From assembly GCA_018240695.1 (NCBI GenBank), contig JAFEFH010000004.1, forward strand, positions 1,032 through 65,031: DNA of 64,000 bases, written 5' to 3'. Positions 35,856 to 46,473 of this stretch are shown here, one piece after another (position 1 is the stretch's first letter; each line of letters opens with the position of its first letter). The notes under the pieces were generated by a model that saw only the letters and a program-made list of their open reading frames with translations, was not told the DNA's origin and made no database searches. The position numbers were made by a program, and so were the translations under genes. This DNA comes from Pseudomonadota bacterium. GTDB lineage: Bacteria > Pseudomonadota > Alphaproteobacteria > Reyranellales > Reyranellaceae.

Positions 35856-38800
35856 ATGAACGACAATCAGCGCCTCGAACGGGTCCTTACCGATCGCCTG
35901 ATGACCGGCAACGTCGCGTTGCGGACCCTGGCGCTCGCCCTGTGGCTGGTCTTCGCCATCGTTTACTGGGACATCGCGCCATGGTGGATGATCGCCGGTC
36001 CGCTCGCGCTGCACATGCTGGCGATGGGCGGCTTCATGCTGCTGACGATGACCTATCGCGCGCGGCCCGAGTCGCGACCGGTCGCGCTCTGGCGTCGCGA
36101 CTACATCCTCTATGCGGCGCTCACGGGCATTTCGTACGGCGCGGGCGGCGCTCTCCTGGTCGGCTTGCCGCCGGCCGAGCCGCGGCTGGTCGTCACGACA
36201 GCGCTGCTGCTGTGCGCGGCGCTGGCGCCGGGCCGTCTCTACGAACCGCGCTCGTATCTCGCCTTCGCCGGCCTGTCGCTGCTCATCCTCGCGATCGGTC
36301 TGTTGAAGGCGCAGGACCCGCTGTCCTGGGCGCTGGCCACCGGCACGATGATCTATCTCGTGGCGCTGGTGCTGCAAAACCGGCCGCAGTATCGCGCCCA
36401 GCGCGAGCAGATCGCGCTCACGCTCGCCAATGAAGACCTCGCCAAGCGCCACGCCGCGGCCGAGGCCGACGCGCGCGCCGCCCGCGACACCTTGAACGAC
36501 GCGCTCGAGAGCCTGCCGGTGGCGATCGCGCTGTGGGATGCCGACGACCGCCTGATCCTGCGCAACAAGAATTACGCCGAGCGCCTGCAGAACCTGCCGG
36601 AAGCGACCACGCCCGGCGTGCGCTTCGCCGACGCCGTGCGCGCCGCCACGTACAAGGCGCCCACGCCGGTCGCGCCCCAAGGCAAGGAAGAGGGCTTCAT
36701 CGCCGGCGCCACCAAGATGCATCAGGAAGGAGGTACGGCGGAGTATCGCGCCGGCGACGACCACTGGCTGCGCGGCCAGTCGCGCCGCACCGGCAATGGC
36801 GGCACGGTCACCACCATCGTCGACATCTCCGAACTGAAGCGCCGCGAAAAGGAGGCGACCGATTCGCGCGCCGTGCTCCAGTCGGTGTTCGACAACATGA
36901 ACGACGGCGTCATGCTCTACGAAGCCGACGGCCGATGGGTCTACCAGAACCCGGCGATGGCGCGCCTGCACGAGATGCCCAACGAACTGCTGGCGACGCT
37001 GCCGACTTTCGCCGACATCGTGCGCTACCGCGCCCAGCGCGGCGACTACGGCCCGGTCGAGGACCTGCCGGGCGGGCTTGAAGGCTGGATCGAAAGCAGG
37101 GTCGACCGCTTCAAGGGCGCCGACCAGCCGGCCGAGCGGCGGCGCGCCGTCTCCGGCCGCACCGTCGAGGTGACGTACCGCCGCCTGAGCGACGGCCGCG
37201 TGCTCACCAACCATCGCGACATCACCGCGATCGTCGAGCAGGAGGAACGGCTGAACGCCGCGCGCACGGAATCGGAGAACGCGCGCACCACGCTCCAGAC
37301 CGTGCTCGACAACATGATCGACGGCGTCATGCTGTTCGACCAGGGCTTCCGCTGGCGCTTCATGAACCGCCAGCTCATGGAGTTTCAGCGCTTCACCACC
37401 GACGTGGCGTTCCCGGGCGCCTCGGGCCGCGACATCCTGCGCTTCCAGGCGCGGCGCGGCGACTTCGGGCCGGCCAGGGACGAGGCCGAGGTCGAGGCCA
37501 TGGTCGAGGACCGCGCGCAGCGCATGCTGGCCGCCGACGGCGCGCGCTACGCGCGGCGCACCGCCTCCGGCCGGATCATCGAGTTCAACTTCAAGCCGCT
37601 GCCCGACGGCGGCACGCTCGCGATCTATCGCGACATCACCGAGATCGAGGAGGCGCGCGCCAAGGCCGAGGCGGCGCAGACCCTGCTCGACGACGCGCTC
37701 GACAGCATGACCAGCGGCGTGGCGATCTGGGATCGCGACGAGCGGCTGATCCAGGGCAACGCGGCCTATCGCTCGGTCAACCGCGACCTGCCGGAGATCG
37801 TCATGCCCGGCACTCCCTTGCCGGTCGCCGCCGCCGCCGCCATGCGCGCGCAGAACCTGCTGCTCGACCACCCCATTCCCGAGGCCGAGGTCGAGCGGCT
37901 GACGCAGGCTGTCGTGCAGCAGCATCACAAGGGCGAGGGCGCGTTCGAGTACCAGACCGGCCCGCAAGCCTGGACCCGCCTCACCGCCGCGCGCACCAAG
38001 GCCGGCGGCTTCGTGTCGGTGTTCGCCGACATCACCGAATTGCGGCAGCGCCAGCGCGACCTGCGCCGCGAACGCGACGCGGCCCGGACGGCACGCACCG
38101 AGGCCGAGGCCGCCAACCAGGCCAAGTCGACCTTCCTCGCCACCATGAGCCACGAGATCCGCACGCCGATGAACGGCGTCGTCGGCACCGCCGAGCTGCT
38201 GGAGCGCGAGCCGCTGAACGAACGCCAGAAGCGGTTGGTCGGCACGGTGCGCAGCTCGGCCGCGGCGCTGCTGCGCATCATCGACGACGTGCTCGACTTC
38301 TCGAAGATCGAGGCCGGCCGCATGGAGCTGGAGGAGGCGCCGTTCTCGTTGCGCGGGCTGATCGACGGCATGACCGAGACGCTGTCGGTGCAGGTCGAGA
38401 AGAAGGGCCTGGCGATCGCCGCCATCGTCGAGCCGGGCGTGCCCGACCTGCTGCTGGCCGACGCCACGCGGCTGCGCCAGATCCTGTTCAACCTGATCGG
38501 CAACGCCACCAAGTTCACCGACCGTGGCGCCATCACCGTGCGCGCCCATGCGCTGCGCATCGACCCCGAGCATGTGACCCTCGGCATCGCCGTCAGCGAC
38601 ACCGGCATCGGCATGGACGCCGCCCAGCAGGCGCGCCTGTTCCAGCCTTTCTCGCAGGCCGACAGTTCGACCACGCGCCGCTATGGCGGCACGGGTCTCG
38701 GCCTGTCGATCGTGCGGCGCCTCGCCGAGCTGATGGACGGCACGGTGTCGGTCGACAGCGCGCCGGGCCGCGGCTCGACCTTCAACGTCACGGTGAAGGT

Positions 38801-39596
38801 GAAACGCGCCGCCGACGTCCCGCCGGCCCCGCGCCCTTCGGAGCCGCTGCCGCTCCAGACCGCGGGCAAGCGCGTCCTGGCGGTCGACGACTACGACGTG
38901 AATCTCGAGGTGCTGGCGGGCCAGTTCGAGATCCTCGGCGTGGCGCTCGACACCGCGATCAACGGCATCGAGGCGCTGAACCTGTGGCGCGCCCAGCCCT
39001 ATGCGCTGGTGCTGACCGACATCCACATGCCCGACATGGACGGCTTCGAGCTGACGCGCCAGATCCGCGCCGAGGAGGGCGTGCAGGGCGGCCGGGGAAG
39101 TGGGCGGCCACGCACGCCGATCGTGGCGCTGACCGCCAACGCGCTGAAGGGCGAGGCCGAGCGCTGCCTGACGGCCGGCATGGACGACTACCTGACCAAG
39201 CCCCTGACCCTCGACCGGTTGCGCGAGGCCGTCGCGCGCTGGACGAGCGATGCGCCCGCCACCGCACCGGCCGCCCAGAGCCCGCCGCCGGCCGACGTCG
39301 CTGTCGACCGCTCCGTGGTCGCGCAGATGTTCGGCGACAACCAGGCCGCCATCGCCCGCGTGCTCGGCCGCTTCCGCGACGCCGGGGTGAAGCTGCTGGC
39401 CGAGATCGACGCGGCCAAGGCCGACGCCAAGCTTGTGCGCGAGCTCGCCCACAAGCTGAAGGGCGCCGCGCGCGCCGCTGGCGCCGTGCGGCTCGGCGAT
39501 CTCGCGGCCATGCTCGAGAAGTCGGGCGCCTCGGAGGATATCGAGCCGCTCCACACCGAATGGGAGCGCGTCGCCGCCGCCCTCGCCGCCGGCTGA
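35856..39596 (+). CDS. Hybrid sensor histidine kinase (TM sensor, 4 PAS-like repeats, HisKA, HATPase, REC, Hpt)
   Basis: [57 protein letters not shown]. Confidence 0.96.
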   Translation: MNDNQRLERVLTDRLMTGNVALRTLALALWLVFAIVYWDIAPWWMIAGPLALHMLAMGGFMLLTMTYRARPESRPVALWRRDYILYAALTGISYGAGGALLVGLPPAEPRLVVTTALLLCAALAPGRLYEPRSYLAFAGLSLLILAIGLLKAQDPLSWALATGTMIYLVALVLQNRPQYRAQREQIALTLANEDLAKRHAAAEADARAARDTLNDALESLPVAIALWDADDRLILRNKNYAERLQNLPEATTPGVRFADAVRAATYKAPTPVAPQGKEEGFIAGATKMHQEGGTAEYRAGDDHWLRGQSRRTGNGGTVTTIVDISELKRREKEATDSRAVLQSVFDNMNDGVMLYEADGRWVYQNPAMARLHEMPNELLATLPTFADIVRYRAQRGDYGPVEDLPGGLEGWIESRVDRFKGADQPAERRRAVSGRTVEVTYRRLSDGRVLTNHRDITAIVEQEERLNAARTESENARTTLQTVLDNMIDGVMLFDQGFRWRFMNRQLMEFQRFTTDVAFPGASGRDILRFQARRGDFGPARDEAEVEAMVEDRAQRMLAADGARYARRTASGRIIEFNFKPLPDGGTLAIYRDITEIEEARAKAEAAQTLLDDALDSMTSGVAIWDRDERLIQGNAAYRSVNRDLPEIVMPGTPLPVAAAAAMRAQNLLLDHPIPEAEVERLTQAVVQQHHKGEGAFEYQTGPQAWTRLTAARTKAGGFVSVFADITELRQRQRDLRRERDAARTARTEAEAANQAKSTFLATMSHEIRTPMNGVVGTAELLEREPLNERQKRLVGTVRSSAAALLRIIDDVLDFSKIEAGRMELEEAPFSLRGLIDGMTETLSVQVEKKGLAIAAIVEPGVPDLLLADATRLRQILFNLIGNATKFTDRGAITVRAHALRIDPEHVTLGIAVSDTGIGMDAAQQARLFQPFSQADSSTTRRYGGTGLGLSIVRRLAELMDGTVSVDSAPGRGSTFNVTVKVKRAADVPPAPRPSEPLPLQTAGKRVLAVDDYDVNLEVLAGQFEILGVALDTAINGIEALNLWRAQPYALVLTDIHMPDMDGFELTRQIRAEEGVQGGRGSGRPRTPIVALTANALKGEAERCLTAGMDDYLTKPLTLDRLREAVARWTSDAPATAPAAQSPPPADVAVDRSVVAQMFGDNQAAIARVLGRFRDAGVKLLAEIDAAKADAKLVRELAHKLKGAARAAGAVRLGDLAAMLEKSGASEDIEPLHTEWERVAAALAAG

Positions 39597-39618
39597 CGAA
39601 GGGAGTAGCGTTCGGGCC

Positions 39619-39909
39619 ATGACCGCCGTCGACACTCTCCGTCAGAGCCTATCCGCGCCCGCCGATCAAGGCCCCGCGATCGAAGCGCTGTGGTGGCTGC
39701 ACAAGGGCGACTGGAACAAGGCGCATGAGTGCGTGCAGGCGCACGAAGGCGTTCCCGACTGCGATTCGGTGCATGCCCATCTGCACCGCGTCGAAGGCGA
39801 CCTCGGCAACGCGGGCTACTGGTATCGCCGCGCCGGACGGCCGGTCTCGAAGGCCTCGCTCGACGAGGAGTGGGCCGCGCTCGCGGCGGAGTTGCTCGCG
39901 CGTCGTTGA
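39619..39909 (+). CDS. Conserved hypothetical helical protein
   Basis: GDWNKAHECVQ, HAHLHRVEGDLGNAGYWYRRAG; RBS GGGAG. Confidence 0.75.
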   Translation: MTAVDTLRQSLSAPADQGPAIEALWWLHKGDWNKAHECVQAHEGVPDCDSVHAHLHRVEGDLGNAGYWYRRAGRPVSKASLDEEWAALAAELLARR

Positions 39910-39911
39910 GC

Positions 39912-39984
39912 GTCTTACGGGACCGCGGGCGTCCAGGCCCGCCTCATGACGATGAGCGGGCCTGGAGGCCCGCGGTCCCAAGAC
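39912..39984. repeat. REP-doublet (REPIN-like) long hairpin
   Basis: Two inverted arms GGGACC-GCGGGC-N6-GCCCGC around tcat-gacg-atga; fills the convergent intergenic gap. Confidence 0.65.
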
Positions 39985-40947
39985 TCAGCGCCGCGTCAGC
40001 TTCTCGACGACGTTGTCGAGCTGGTCGAAGTCGTTGATCTCCAAGGTCAGCATCGTCTTCTCGCCACCCTCGATGGTGAGCGACGCCTTGAGGCCGAGCG
40101 CCTCCTCGATGCGCTTCTCGAGCGCGCGGGTGTCGCCGGTCTTCTCGCCCGACGGCACCGGCTTCTTGCCCTTGGTCTTGAGCACGGGCCGCGTCTTGGC
40201 TTTCTCGCCGGCGGCCAGCTTTTCGAGATCGCGGACGGAGAGCTTCTCCTTGATCGCCCGCTCGGCGATCTTCGCCGGATCGGGAAAGCCCAGCAGCGCG
40301 CGGCCGTGGCCGGCGGTGATCTTCTCCTCGCGGATCAGCTCCTGCACATCGGCCGGCAGGTCGAGCAGGCGCAGCGTGTTGGCGACATGCGGGCGGCTCT
40401 TGCCCACGGTCTTCGCCACGTCTTCCTGGGTCTGGTTGAAGTCGGCGATCAGGCGGCGCAGGCCCATGGCCTCGTCGATCGGCGACAGGTCGGTGCGTTG
40501 CAGGTTCTCGACCAGGCCGATCTGCAAGGCCTCGAGATTGTCGAGGCTGCGCACGACGACCGGCACGTCATGGAGCTGCGCCTTTTGCGCCGCGCGCCAA
40601 CGGCGCTCGCCGGCGATGATCTCGTAGGCATCGGCCTCGCCGCGAATCGGCCGCACCAGGATCGGCTGGAGCAGGCCGAACTGGCGCACCGATTCGATCA
40701 GCACATCGAGGCCTTCGAAGGTCGTGCGCGGCTGGTACTCGCCCGGCCGCAACTGGCCGATCGGCAAGGTGAGCGGCGCGCGATTGGCGGCAGGACGCGC
40801 GGTGGGTGCTGCCGCAGCCGGCGGTGTCGCGGCCGGCGCGGGAGCAGGCGCGGCGGGCGTTGGGGCAACGGTCGCGGCGACTTCATCGTCGCCCAGCAGG
40901 GCGGAGAGGCCGCGGCCGAGACCGCGGGGCTTGGGAGGCTGGCTCAT
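39985..40947 (-). CDS. parB: Chromosome partitioning protein ParB
   Basis: RGLGRGLSALLG, YQPR, GLLQPILVR, IIAGERRWRAA, LVENLQRTDL, HTH VGKSRPHVANTLRLL; ATG 40947. Confidence 0.97.
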   Translation of the reverse strand: MSQPPKPRGLGRGLSALLGDDEVAATVAPTPAAPAPAPAATPPAAAAPTARPAANRAPLTLPIGQLRPGEYQPRTTFEGLDVLIESVRQFGLLQPILVRPIRGEADAYEIIAGERRWRAAQKAQLHDVPVVVRSLDNLEALQIGLVENLQRTDLSPIDEAMGLRRLIADFNQTQEDVAKTVGKSRPHVANTLRLLDLPADVQELIREEKITAGHGRALLGFPDPAKIAERAIKEKLSVRDLEKLAAGEKAKTRPVLKTKGKKPVPSGEKTGDTRALEKRIEEALGLKASLTIEGGEKTMLTLEINDFDQLDNVVEKLTRR

Positions 40948-41801
40948 GACGGGACCTGTTGCGCGGCAGCGGCGTTGCGCCGGCGGCGGATGAACTCGCT
41001 CGCCAGCAGGATGTAGGCCTGCGATCCGGCGCAGGCATTGTCGTAGATCAGGACGGGCAGGCCGTGCGACGGCGCCTCGGCGATGCGCACGTTGCGCGGG
41101 ATCGTCGTGCCGAACACCAGCTCGCCGAAATGCTGACGCGCATCGGCTTCGACCTGCTGGCTGAGCACGTTGCGCCGATCGACCATGGTCAACACGACGC
41201 CGGCGATATGCAACTTCGGGTTGAGTCTTTTCTTGATCCTCTCCACCGTGTTGACCAACGCGCCGATGCCCTCGAGCGCGAGGAACTCGGCCTGAAGCGG
41301 CACGAGCACCGCGTCGACGGCGACGAAGGCATTCAGCGTCACGAGGCCGAGCGACGGCGGACAGTCGATCAGGATCGTCGTCCATTGCGCGCGTGCCGCG
41401 GACTCGTCGGCGGCGAGCGCATCGAACAGCCGATGCTCGCGGCGCTCCATGTCGATCAGTTCGATCTCCGCGCCGGCCAGCGACACCGACGCCGGCATCA
41501 CCGACAGGCCCGGGATCTGCGAGGTGCGGATGCATTGGGCCATGGGGGAGAGGCCCAGGATGAATTCGTAGGCACCGGGCGCACGCTCGTTGCGCGGCAC
41601 GCCGAGGCCGGTCGAGGCATTGCCCTGGGGATCGAGATCGATCAGCAACACCTTCTCGCCCACCGCGGCGAGGGCGGTGGCGAGATTGATCGCCGTCGTC
41701 GTCTTACCGACGCCGCCCTTTTGATTGGCGATCGCGAATATCTGCGGCCCCGGGGGTGTCGAGGGGCCGGTAGTCGTCGATTCGGAGGAGGACGGCGTCA
41801 C
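40944..41801 (-). CDS. parA: Chromosome partitioning ATPase ParA
   Basis: [57 protein letters not shown]; nearest start GTG 41801 (alternatives 41813, 41855). Confidence 0.95.
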   Translation of the reverse strand: MTPSSSESTTTGPSTPPGPQIFAIANQKGGVGKTTTAINLATALAAVGEKVLLIDLDPQGNASTGLGVPRNERAPGAYEFILGLSPMAQCIRTSQIPGLSVMPASVSLAGAEIELIDMERREHRLFDALAADESAARAQWTTILIDCPPSLGLVTLNAFVAVDAVLVPLQAEFLALEGIGALVNTVERIKKRLNPKLHIAGVVLTMVDRRNVLSQQVEADARQHFGELVFGTTIPRNVRIAEAPSHGLPVLIYDNACAGSQAYILLASEFIRRRRNAAAAQQVPS

Positions 41802-42387
41802 GGTCGGTGGCACTTCTGAAATGTTGAGGGCTAATGTCCCAGCCGCGCTGGGCATCGGTCAATTCGGCCTGCCAGTCTTTGCCCTTGTGAAAAAGGCAAA
41901 TAGCGGGGTCGTTCCGGTGCCGCGCGGCCCAAAACAGCAACTGTCCGAGCGGCGCGAGCGCCCGGGCCGTCACCACATCGGCCTTGGCAGGCGGCACCGC
42001 TTCGATCCGTCCTATCACGATTTTAGGCTGCTTTGCCAAGGACATACGACGGCCGGCCTCGCCCAGGAACGCGGCTTTTCGCGCATCCGATTCGACCAGC
42101 ATGACGTCGAGGTCGGGCCGCAGCGCCGCCACCACGAGACCCGGGAATCCGGCCCCCGTGCCGAGGTCCGCCAAGGTCCGCGCACCGGCCGGGATGTGGG
42201 GCAGGATCTGCGCGGAATCGAGGATATGGCGCCCCCAGATATCATCGACCGTGGCCGGCCCGATCAGGTTGATGGCCTTCTGCCATTTCAGGAGGATTTC
42301 GACATAGGCTTCGAGCCGGCCCTCTGTTTCACGTGAAACATCGGGCAGGAACTCGGCCAGCCTACGCCGCGCGTCGACGCCGGACAT
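41704..42387 (-). CDS. rsmG: 16S rRNA m7G527 methyltransferase RsmG (GidB)
   Basis: [44 protein letters not shown]; ATG 42387. Confidence 0.95.
   Translation of the reverse strand: MSGVDARRRLAEFLPDVSRETEGRLEAYVEILLKWQKAINLIGPATVDDIWGRHILDSAQILPHIPAGARTLADLGTGAGFPGLVVAALRPDLDVMLVESDARKAAFLGEAGRRMSLAKQPKIVIGRIEAVPPAKADVVTARALAPLGQLLFWAARHRNDPAICLFHKGKDWQAELTDAQRGWDISPQHFRSATDRDAVLLRIDDYRPLDTPGAADIRDRQSKGRRR
42325..42340. promoter_or_regulatory. parS centromere site 1 (inside rsmG)
   Basis: Perfect palindrome TGTTTCACGTGAAACA, encoding VSRET. Confidence 0.95.
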
Positions 42388-44269
42388 ATTTGAGCAGGGC
42401 AACGAGGGCGGCCGGGGTGACGCCGGAGATCCGGGCGGCCTGACCGAGGGTGGCGGGCTTGTGGGTGTCGAGCTTCTGGCGGATTTCGTTCGAGAGGCTT
42501 CCCACGGCGCCATAGTCGAGATCGCCCGGCAGCTCCAAGGCCTCGTCCCGGCGGTAGGCCGCAATATCCTCCCGCTGACGGCCGAGATAGCCCTCGTACT
42601 TGGCGTCGATGGAAAGCTGCTCGGAAATCGCCGGGGAAATGGCTCTCAATTCGGGCCAGAGCGCCGTCAAACGGCCCCAATCCATATCTGGATAAGCCAG
42701 CAATTCCAATGAGTTACGGATCACGCCATCCTGGTTGATGGCGACGCCGCGCTTGGCGAGAGCGGACGGGCTCAGGCGCAGGGTTTCCGCCAGCGCCCGG
42801 GCGTCGGCGAGGGCCTGTTGTTTCACGTGAAACATCCCGGCTCGCTCCGTCCCGACGCACCCGATGGCCAGTCCGCGCGGGGTCAGACGCTGGTCGGCAT
42901 TGTCGGCCCGCAGCCACAGCCGGTACTCGGCCCGGGACGTGAACATGCGGTAAGGCTCGGTGATGCCCAGCGAGACCAAGTCGTCGATCAGGACGCCGAC
43001 GTAGCCGTCCGCGCGGTCCACGGCGAACGGCTCCGAACCCGAGGCGGCCAGCGCCGCGTTCAGGCCGGCGATCAGACCTTGGGCCGCCGCTTCTTCATAG
43101 CCGGTCGTGCCGTTGATCTGGCCCGCCATGTAGAGGCCTGGCACGCGCCGCGTCTCGAGCGTCGCGTGCAACTCGCGCGGATCGATATGGTCGTATTCGA
43201 TGGCATAGCCCGGCCGCAGCATGACCGCGCGCTCCAGGCCCGGAATTGTCTGCAACAGCTCGAGCTGAACCTCGCGCGGCAGGGAGGTCGAGATTCCGTT
43301 GGGATAGACCGTCGGATCGTCCAGACCCTCCGGCTCCAGGAAGATCTGGTGCCGCTCGCGGCCGGCGAAGCGCACGACCTTGTCCTCGATCGACGGGCAA
43401 TAGCGCGGGCCGACACTCTCGATCTGGCCCGAATACATCGGCGCGCGGTGAAGGTTGGCGCGGATGATCTCGTGCGTCGCCGGCGTCGTCTCGGTGACAT
43501 GGCAGGCGATCTGCGGCGTCGTGATCTCGCGCGTCAGATAGGAGAAGGGCACCGGCGGCGTATCGCCGTCCTGCCGATCGAGGCCGCTGTAGTCGATCGT
43601 GCGGCTGTCGAGTCGCGCCGGTGTGCCGGTCTTCAAGCGGCCCAGGGCAAAGCCGAGCGCCTGCAACCTCTGCGCGAGTGCCGTTGAGGGCTCTTCGACC
43701 GCATCGGCCGCGAGGTCTTCCGGCACACCGTTGCGCTGGCCGCGCGCGCGGCCGGCGGGGATCTTGACTTCGCCCAGATGAATCAGGCCCCGGAGGAACG
43801 TGCCGGTGGTCAGCACGACGCGGCCGGCAGCGATCTCCGCACCACGCTCGGTCACGACGCCGATACACGTTCCGCGGGCATCCACAACGATGTCGGCGAC
43901 CGCGTCTGCGCGAATCTCGAGATTGTCCTGCTCGGCCAGGATCGCCTGCATGGCCTCGCGATAGAGCTTGCGATCGGCCTGCGCGCGCGGCCCGCGCACG
44001 GCGGGACCCTTGGAGAGATTGAGCGTCCGGAACTGGATGCCGGCCCGGTCGATGGCGCGGCCCATCACGCCGTCGAGCGCATCGATCTCCCGCACGAGGT
44101 GGCCCTTGCCCAGCCCGCCGATCGCCGGATTGCACGACATCTCGCCGATCGTATCGAGCCGGTGGGTCAGCAGCAGCGTGCGCGCGCCCAGCCGCGCGGC
44201 GGCGGCGGCGGCCTCGCACCCGGCATGGCCACCCCCGACCACGATCACATCATAGGCGATGCCCGACAT
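42362..44269 (-). CDS. mnmG: tRNA uridine-5-carboxymethylaminomethyl(34) synthesis enzyme MnmG (GidA)
   Basis: [65 protein letters not shown]; ATG 44269. Confidence 0.98.
   Translation of the reverse strand: MSGIAYDVIVVGGGHAGCEAAAAAARLGARTLLLTHRLDTIGEMSCNPAIGGLGKGHLVREIDALDGVMGRAIDRAGIQFRTLNLSKGPAVRGPRAQADRKLYREAMQAILAEQDNLEIRADAVADIVVDARGTCIGVVTERGAEIAAGRVVLTTGTFLRGLIHLGEVKIPAGRARGQRNGVPEDLAADAVEEPSTALAQRLQALGFALGRLKTGTPARLDSRTIDYSGLDRQDGDTPPVPFSYLTREITTPQIACHVTETTPATHEIIRANLHRAPMYSGQIESVGPRYCPSIEDKVVRFAGRERHQIFLEPEGLDDPTVYPNGISTSLPREVQLELLQTIPGLERAVMLRPGYAIEYDHIDPRELHATLETRRVPGLYMAGQINGTTGYEEAAAQGLIAGLNAALAASGSEPFAVDRADGYVGVLIDDLVSLGITEPYRMFTSRAEYRLWLRADNADQRLTPRGLAIGCVGTERAGMFHVKQQALADARALAETLRLSPSALAKRGVAINQDGVIRNSLELLAYPDMDWGRLTALWPELRAISPAISEQLSIDAKYEGYLGRQREDIAAYRRDEALELPGDLDYGAVGSLSNEIRQKLDTHKPATLGQAARISGVTPAALVALLKYVRRRRAA
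42819..42834. promoter_or_regulatory. parS centromere site 2 (inside mnmG)
   Basis: Perfect palindrome TGTTTCACGTGAAACA, encoding MFHVKQ. Confidence 0.95.
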
Positions 44270-44317
44270 GGCCGGTCTTGTACGCCGCTTGATCGACAGC
44301 GGCCAGAGAGGCGGCAA

Positions 44318-44345
44318 TTGCACTCCGCATGCGCGTAGATAGTAT
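44318..44345 (+). promoter_or_regulatory. Putative sigma70 promoter of the lipoprotein gene
   Basis: TTGCAC-N16-TAGTAT, 24 nt before the ATG at 44370. Confidence 0.45.
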
Positions 44346-44369
44346 GCTCTTGGGAACTTGGGGAGTTAT

Positions 44370-45560
44370 ATGCACTATCGTGTTTTCAAGACGTTCTGTG
44401 GCGTCGGCGTACTTCTCACAATGGCTGCAGTCGGCGGTTGTGTGCGTGTTGCCGACAGCAATCTCGGGTACGACGCAATGAAGGCGGGCGACTACGCCAA
44501 GGCGGTCGCCGCCTACGATCGCGATGTCGTCTCTTCGGACAAATACTGCCGGGGCTACTCGGCGCCGGATTGCCCGACCTATGGGCGGGCCAAGGCGAAT
44601 GCGGGACTGGCGCACCTGCGGGCCGGTGATACCGCCAACGGCGAGCGCCTGGTCCGCGAAGGCCTCGACATCCTGAAGAGCAGCTTTCCGTCGTCGGACG
44701 ACATCGGCTATGTCGGCATCGAAAGCCGCGCCGGCGTCTATGCCAGCGTCGTCGAGACTTATGTTGCCCTGGGCCGCTTCGACGAAGCGCGCGCCTTCTA
44801 TCTCGAGGGCGCGTCGCACGGCTACTTCGCGTCGACTTCATCAATGGCCGCGATCGTGAAAAGCGAGCAGGCCGTCGATCCGATCGCTGCACTGATTTTG
44901 GAAATCGCCGTCGCGCTTAGCGTTCCGCAGAAGCAGGACCGCTACAGGGCGCTGATCGAGCAGGCGCGCAGCAACAAGTGGGCAGGGCTCGTCACCCAGC
45001 TTCAGAAGGCGATGGCGGCGACGGCGAAGATCGATCCGTCGGGCGAGTTCGGCTTGAGCTCCGGCGCCTCGAGCACGCAGTCGGCGGAAGCCCGCGCCAA
45101 GGCCGCCGCCTACGCCGCCGCCGGCTTCCCGTCCTACGGCAAGTGGTACCAGATGGAGGCCGCCGTGGCGGATCGCTACAACCGCCAGCAGGCCGAAGAG
45201 GCCGAGCGCATGGCGTCGACACCGTCCTTCAGCGAACAGCTGCTGGCCGCGATGAACGTGGCGGTTCAGAACAGCGCGCGCAGTTCGGGAGCGACGCGCA
45301 CGTCGGCGACGGGTGCGAGACCGACGGGCGGCAACTGCTCGAACACGGTCTATGTCATCCGCTGGACGACGCGGAACATGGGTGAGACCGAGACGCGCGT
45401 GTCGCCCCGGCAGTTCGTCGCCTCGACCGGCAGCGTCGATGCGGCGATCTCGCAGACCCGCTCGCAGATCGCGGCGATCCAGGCCAATCCTTATCCCGGC
45501 AACGAGCGCGCCCTCGCGCAATTCCGCAGCTTCGAGGGTGACCTGCAACGCTGCCGCTGA
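44370..45560 (+). CDS. Hypothetical lipoprotein with TPR-like N-terminal region
   Basis: RBS GGGGAG; hydrophobic leader ending AVGG-C24; helical repeats (YAKAVAAYDR, LGRFDEARAFY). Confidence 0.7.
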   Translation: MHYRVFKTFCGVGVLLTMAAVGGCVRVADSNLGYDAMKAGDYAKAVAAYDRDVVSSDKYCRGYSAPDCPTYGRAKANAGLAHLRAGDTANGERLVREGLDILKSSFPSSDDIGYVGIESRAGVYASVVETYVALGRFDEARAFYLEGASHGYFASTSSMAAIVKSEQAVDPIAALILEIAVALSVPQKQDRYRALIEQARSNKWAGLVTQLQKAMAATAKIDPSGEFGLSSGASSTQSAEARAKAAAYAAAGFPSYGKWYQMEAAVADRYNRQQAEEAERMASTPSFSEQLLAAMNVAVQNSARSSGATRTSATGARPTGGNCSNTVYVIRWTTRNMGETETRVSPRQFVASTGSVDAAISQTRSQIAAIQANPYPGNERALAQFRSFEGDLQRCR

Positions 45561-45579
45561 ACCGGCGCCGGCAGCAGGA

Positions 45580-45605
45580 GCGCGCAGCCTGACTAGGCTG
45601 CGCGC
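45580..45605. terminator. Hairpin at the convergent lipoprotein/ku junction
   Basis: gcgcgcagcct-gact-aggctgcgcgc 11-bp stem overlapping the ku stop. Confidence 0.5.
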
Positions 45606-46465
45606 TTCTTCGCGCCGCCGCCCTTGAGGCTCTTCTTCAGCGCTTCCATCAGGTCGACCACCTTGCCGTCGTCCTCATCTTCCTCGGGCTCGGTGGCGAC
45701 CAGCTTGCCTTTCTTCTTGCGGGCGATCAGCTCACGCAGCGCGTCCTCGTAGCGGTCCTTGAATTCGGTGGGATCGAACGCGGCGGCCTGCTGCTCGATG
45801 ATCTTCTCGGCGATGTCGAGCATGCCCTTCTCGGGCTTGGGCAAGTCGCGGTCGAAAATCTCGGCCGTGCTGCGGATCTCGTCGTGGGTACGCAGGGTCG
45901 TGAGCAGGATGCCGGTCTCGCGCGGCTCGAGCGCGCACACCCGCTCGCGCGTGTGCAGCACCACCCGGCCCAGCGCCACCTTGTTCTGCTTGCTCATTGC
46001 CGCCTGGATCACCGAGAAGGCCTCGATGCCCGTCTTGCCGGCGGGGGCGAGGTAATAGGGCTCGTCCCAGTAGATGCGGTCGATCGAGTCGGCATCGACG
46101 AACTCCTGGATGTCGATGATGCGCGTCGATTCGAGCTTCACCGCGTCGAGCTCTTCCTTCTCGAGCAGGATGTACTTGTTCTTCGAAACCTCGAAGCCGC
46201 GCACCAGGTCGGCGCGGTCGACCGGCTTGCCGGTGCCGGCATCGACCGTCTGCATGCGGATGCGATTGTTGGTCTTGGGATTGATCATGTTGAAGTGGAT
46301 TTCGGAGGTACGTTCTGTCGCCGTATAGAGCGCCACCGGACAGGTCACCAGCGACAGCCGCAGATGGCCCTCCCAGGTCGGCCGCAACGCCTTGTGATGG
46401 CCGGCCGCAGCAGGGGCAGCGCGAGAAGTCCGCTTGCTCTTCGCGGTGCTGCGTTTCTTTGCCAT
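45593..46465 (-). CDS. ku: NHEJ DNA end-binding protein Ku
   Basis: WEGHLRLSLVTCPVALY, GFEVSK, IDIQEFV, YWDEPYYLAP, VVDLMEALKKSL. Confidence 0.96.
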   Translation of the reverse strand: MAKKRSTAKSKRTSRAAPAAAGHHKALRPTWEGHLRLSLVTCPVALYTATERTSEIHFNMINPKTNNRIRMQTVDAGTGKPVDRADLVRGFEVSKNKYILLEKEELDAVKLESTRIIDIQEFVDADSIDRIYWDEPYYLAPAGKTGIEAFSVIQAAMSKQNKVALGRVVLHTRERVCALEPRETGILLTTLRTHDEIRSTAEIFDRDLPKPEKGMLDIAEKIIEQQAAAFDPTEFKDRYEDALRELIARKKKGKLVATEPEEDEDDGKVVDLMEALKKSLKGGGAKKRAA

Positions 46466-46473
46466 GACGTGCC

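Noticed and set aside
41900-44360. Possible oriC near parS
   Set aside because: Region is fully coding; no DnaA-box cluster or AT-rich unwinding element; hemE and the usual origin neighbours are absent
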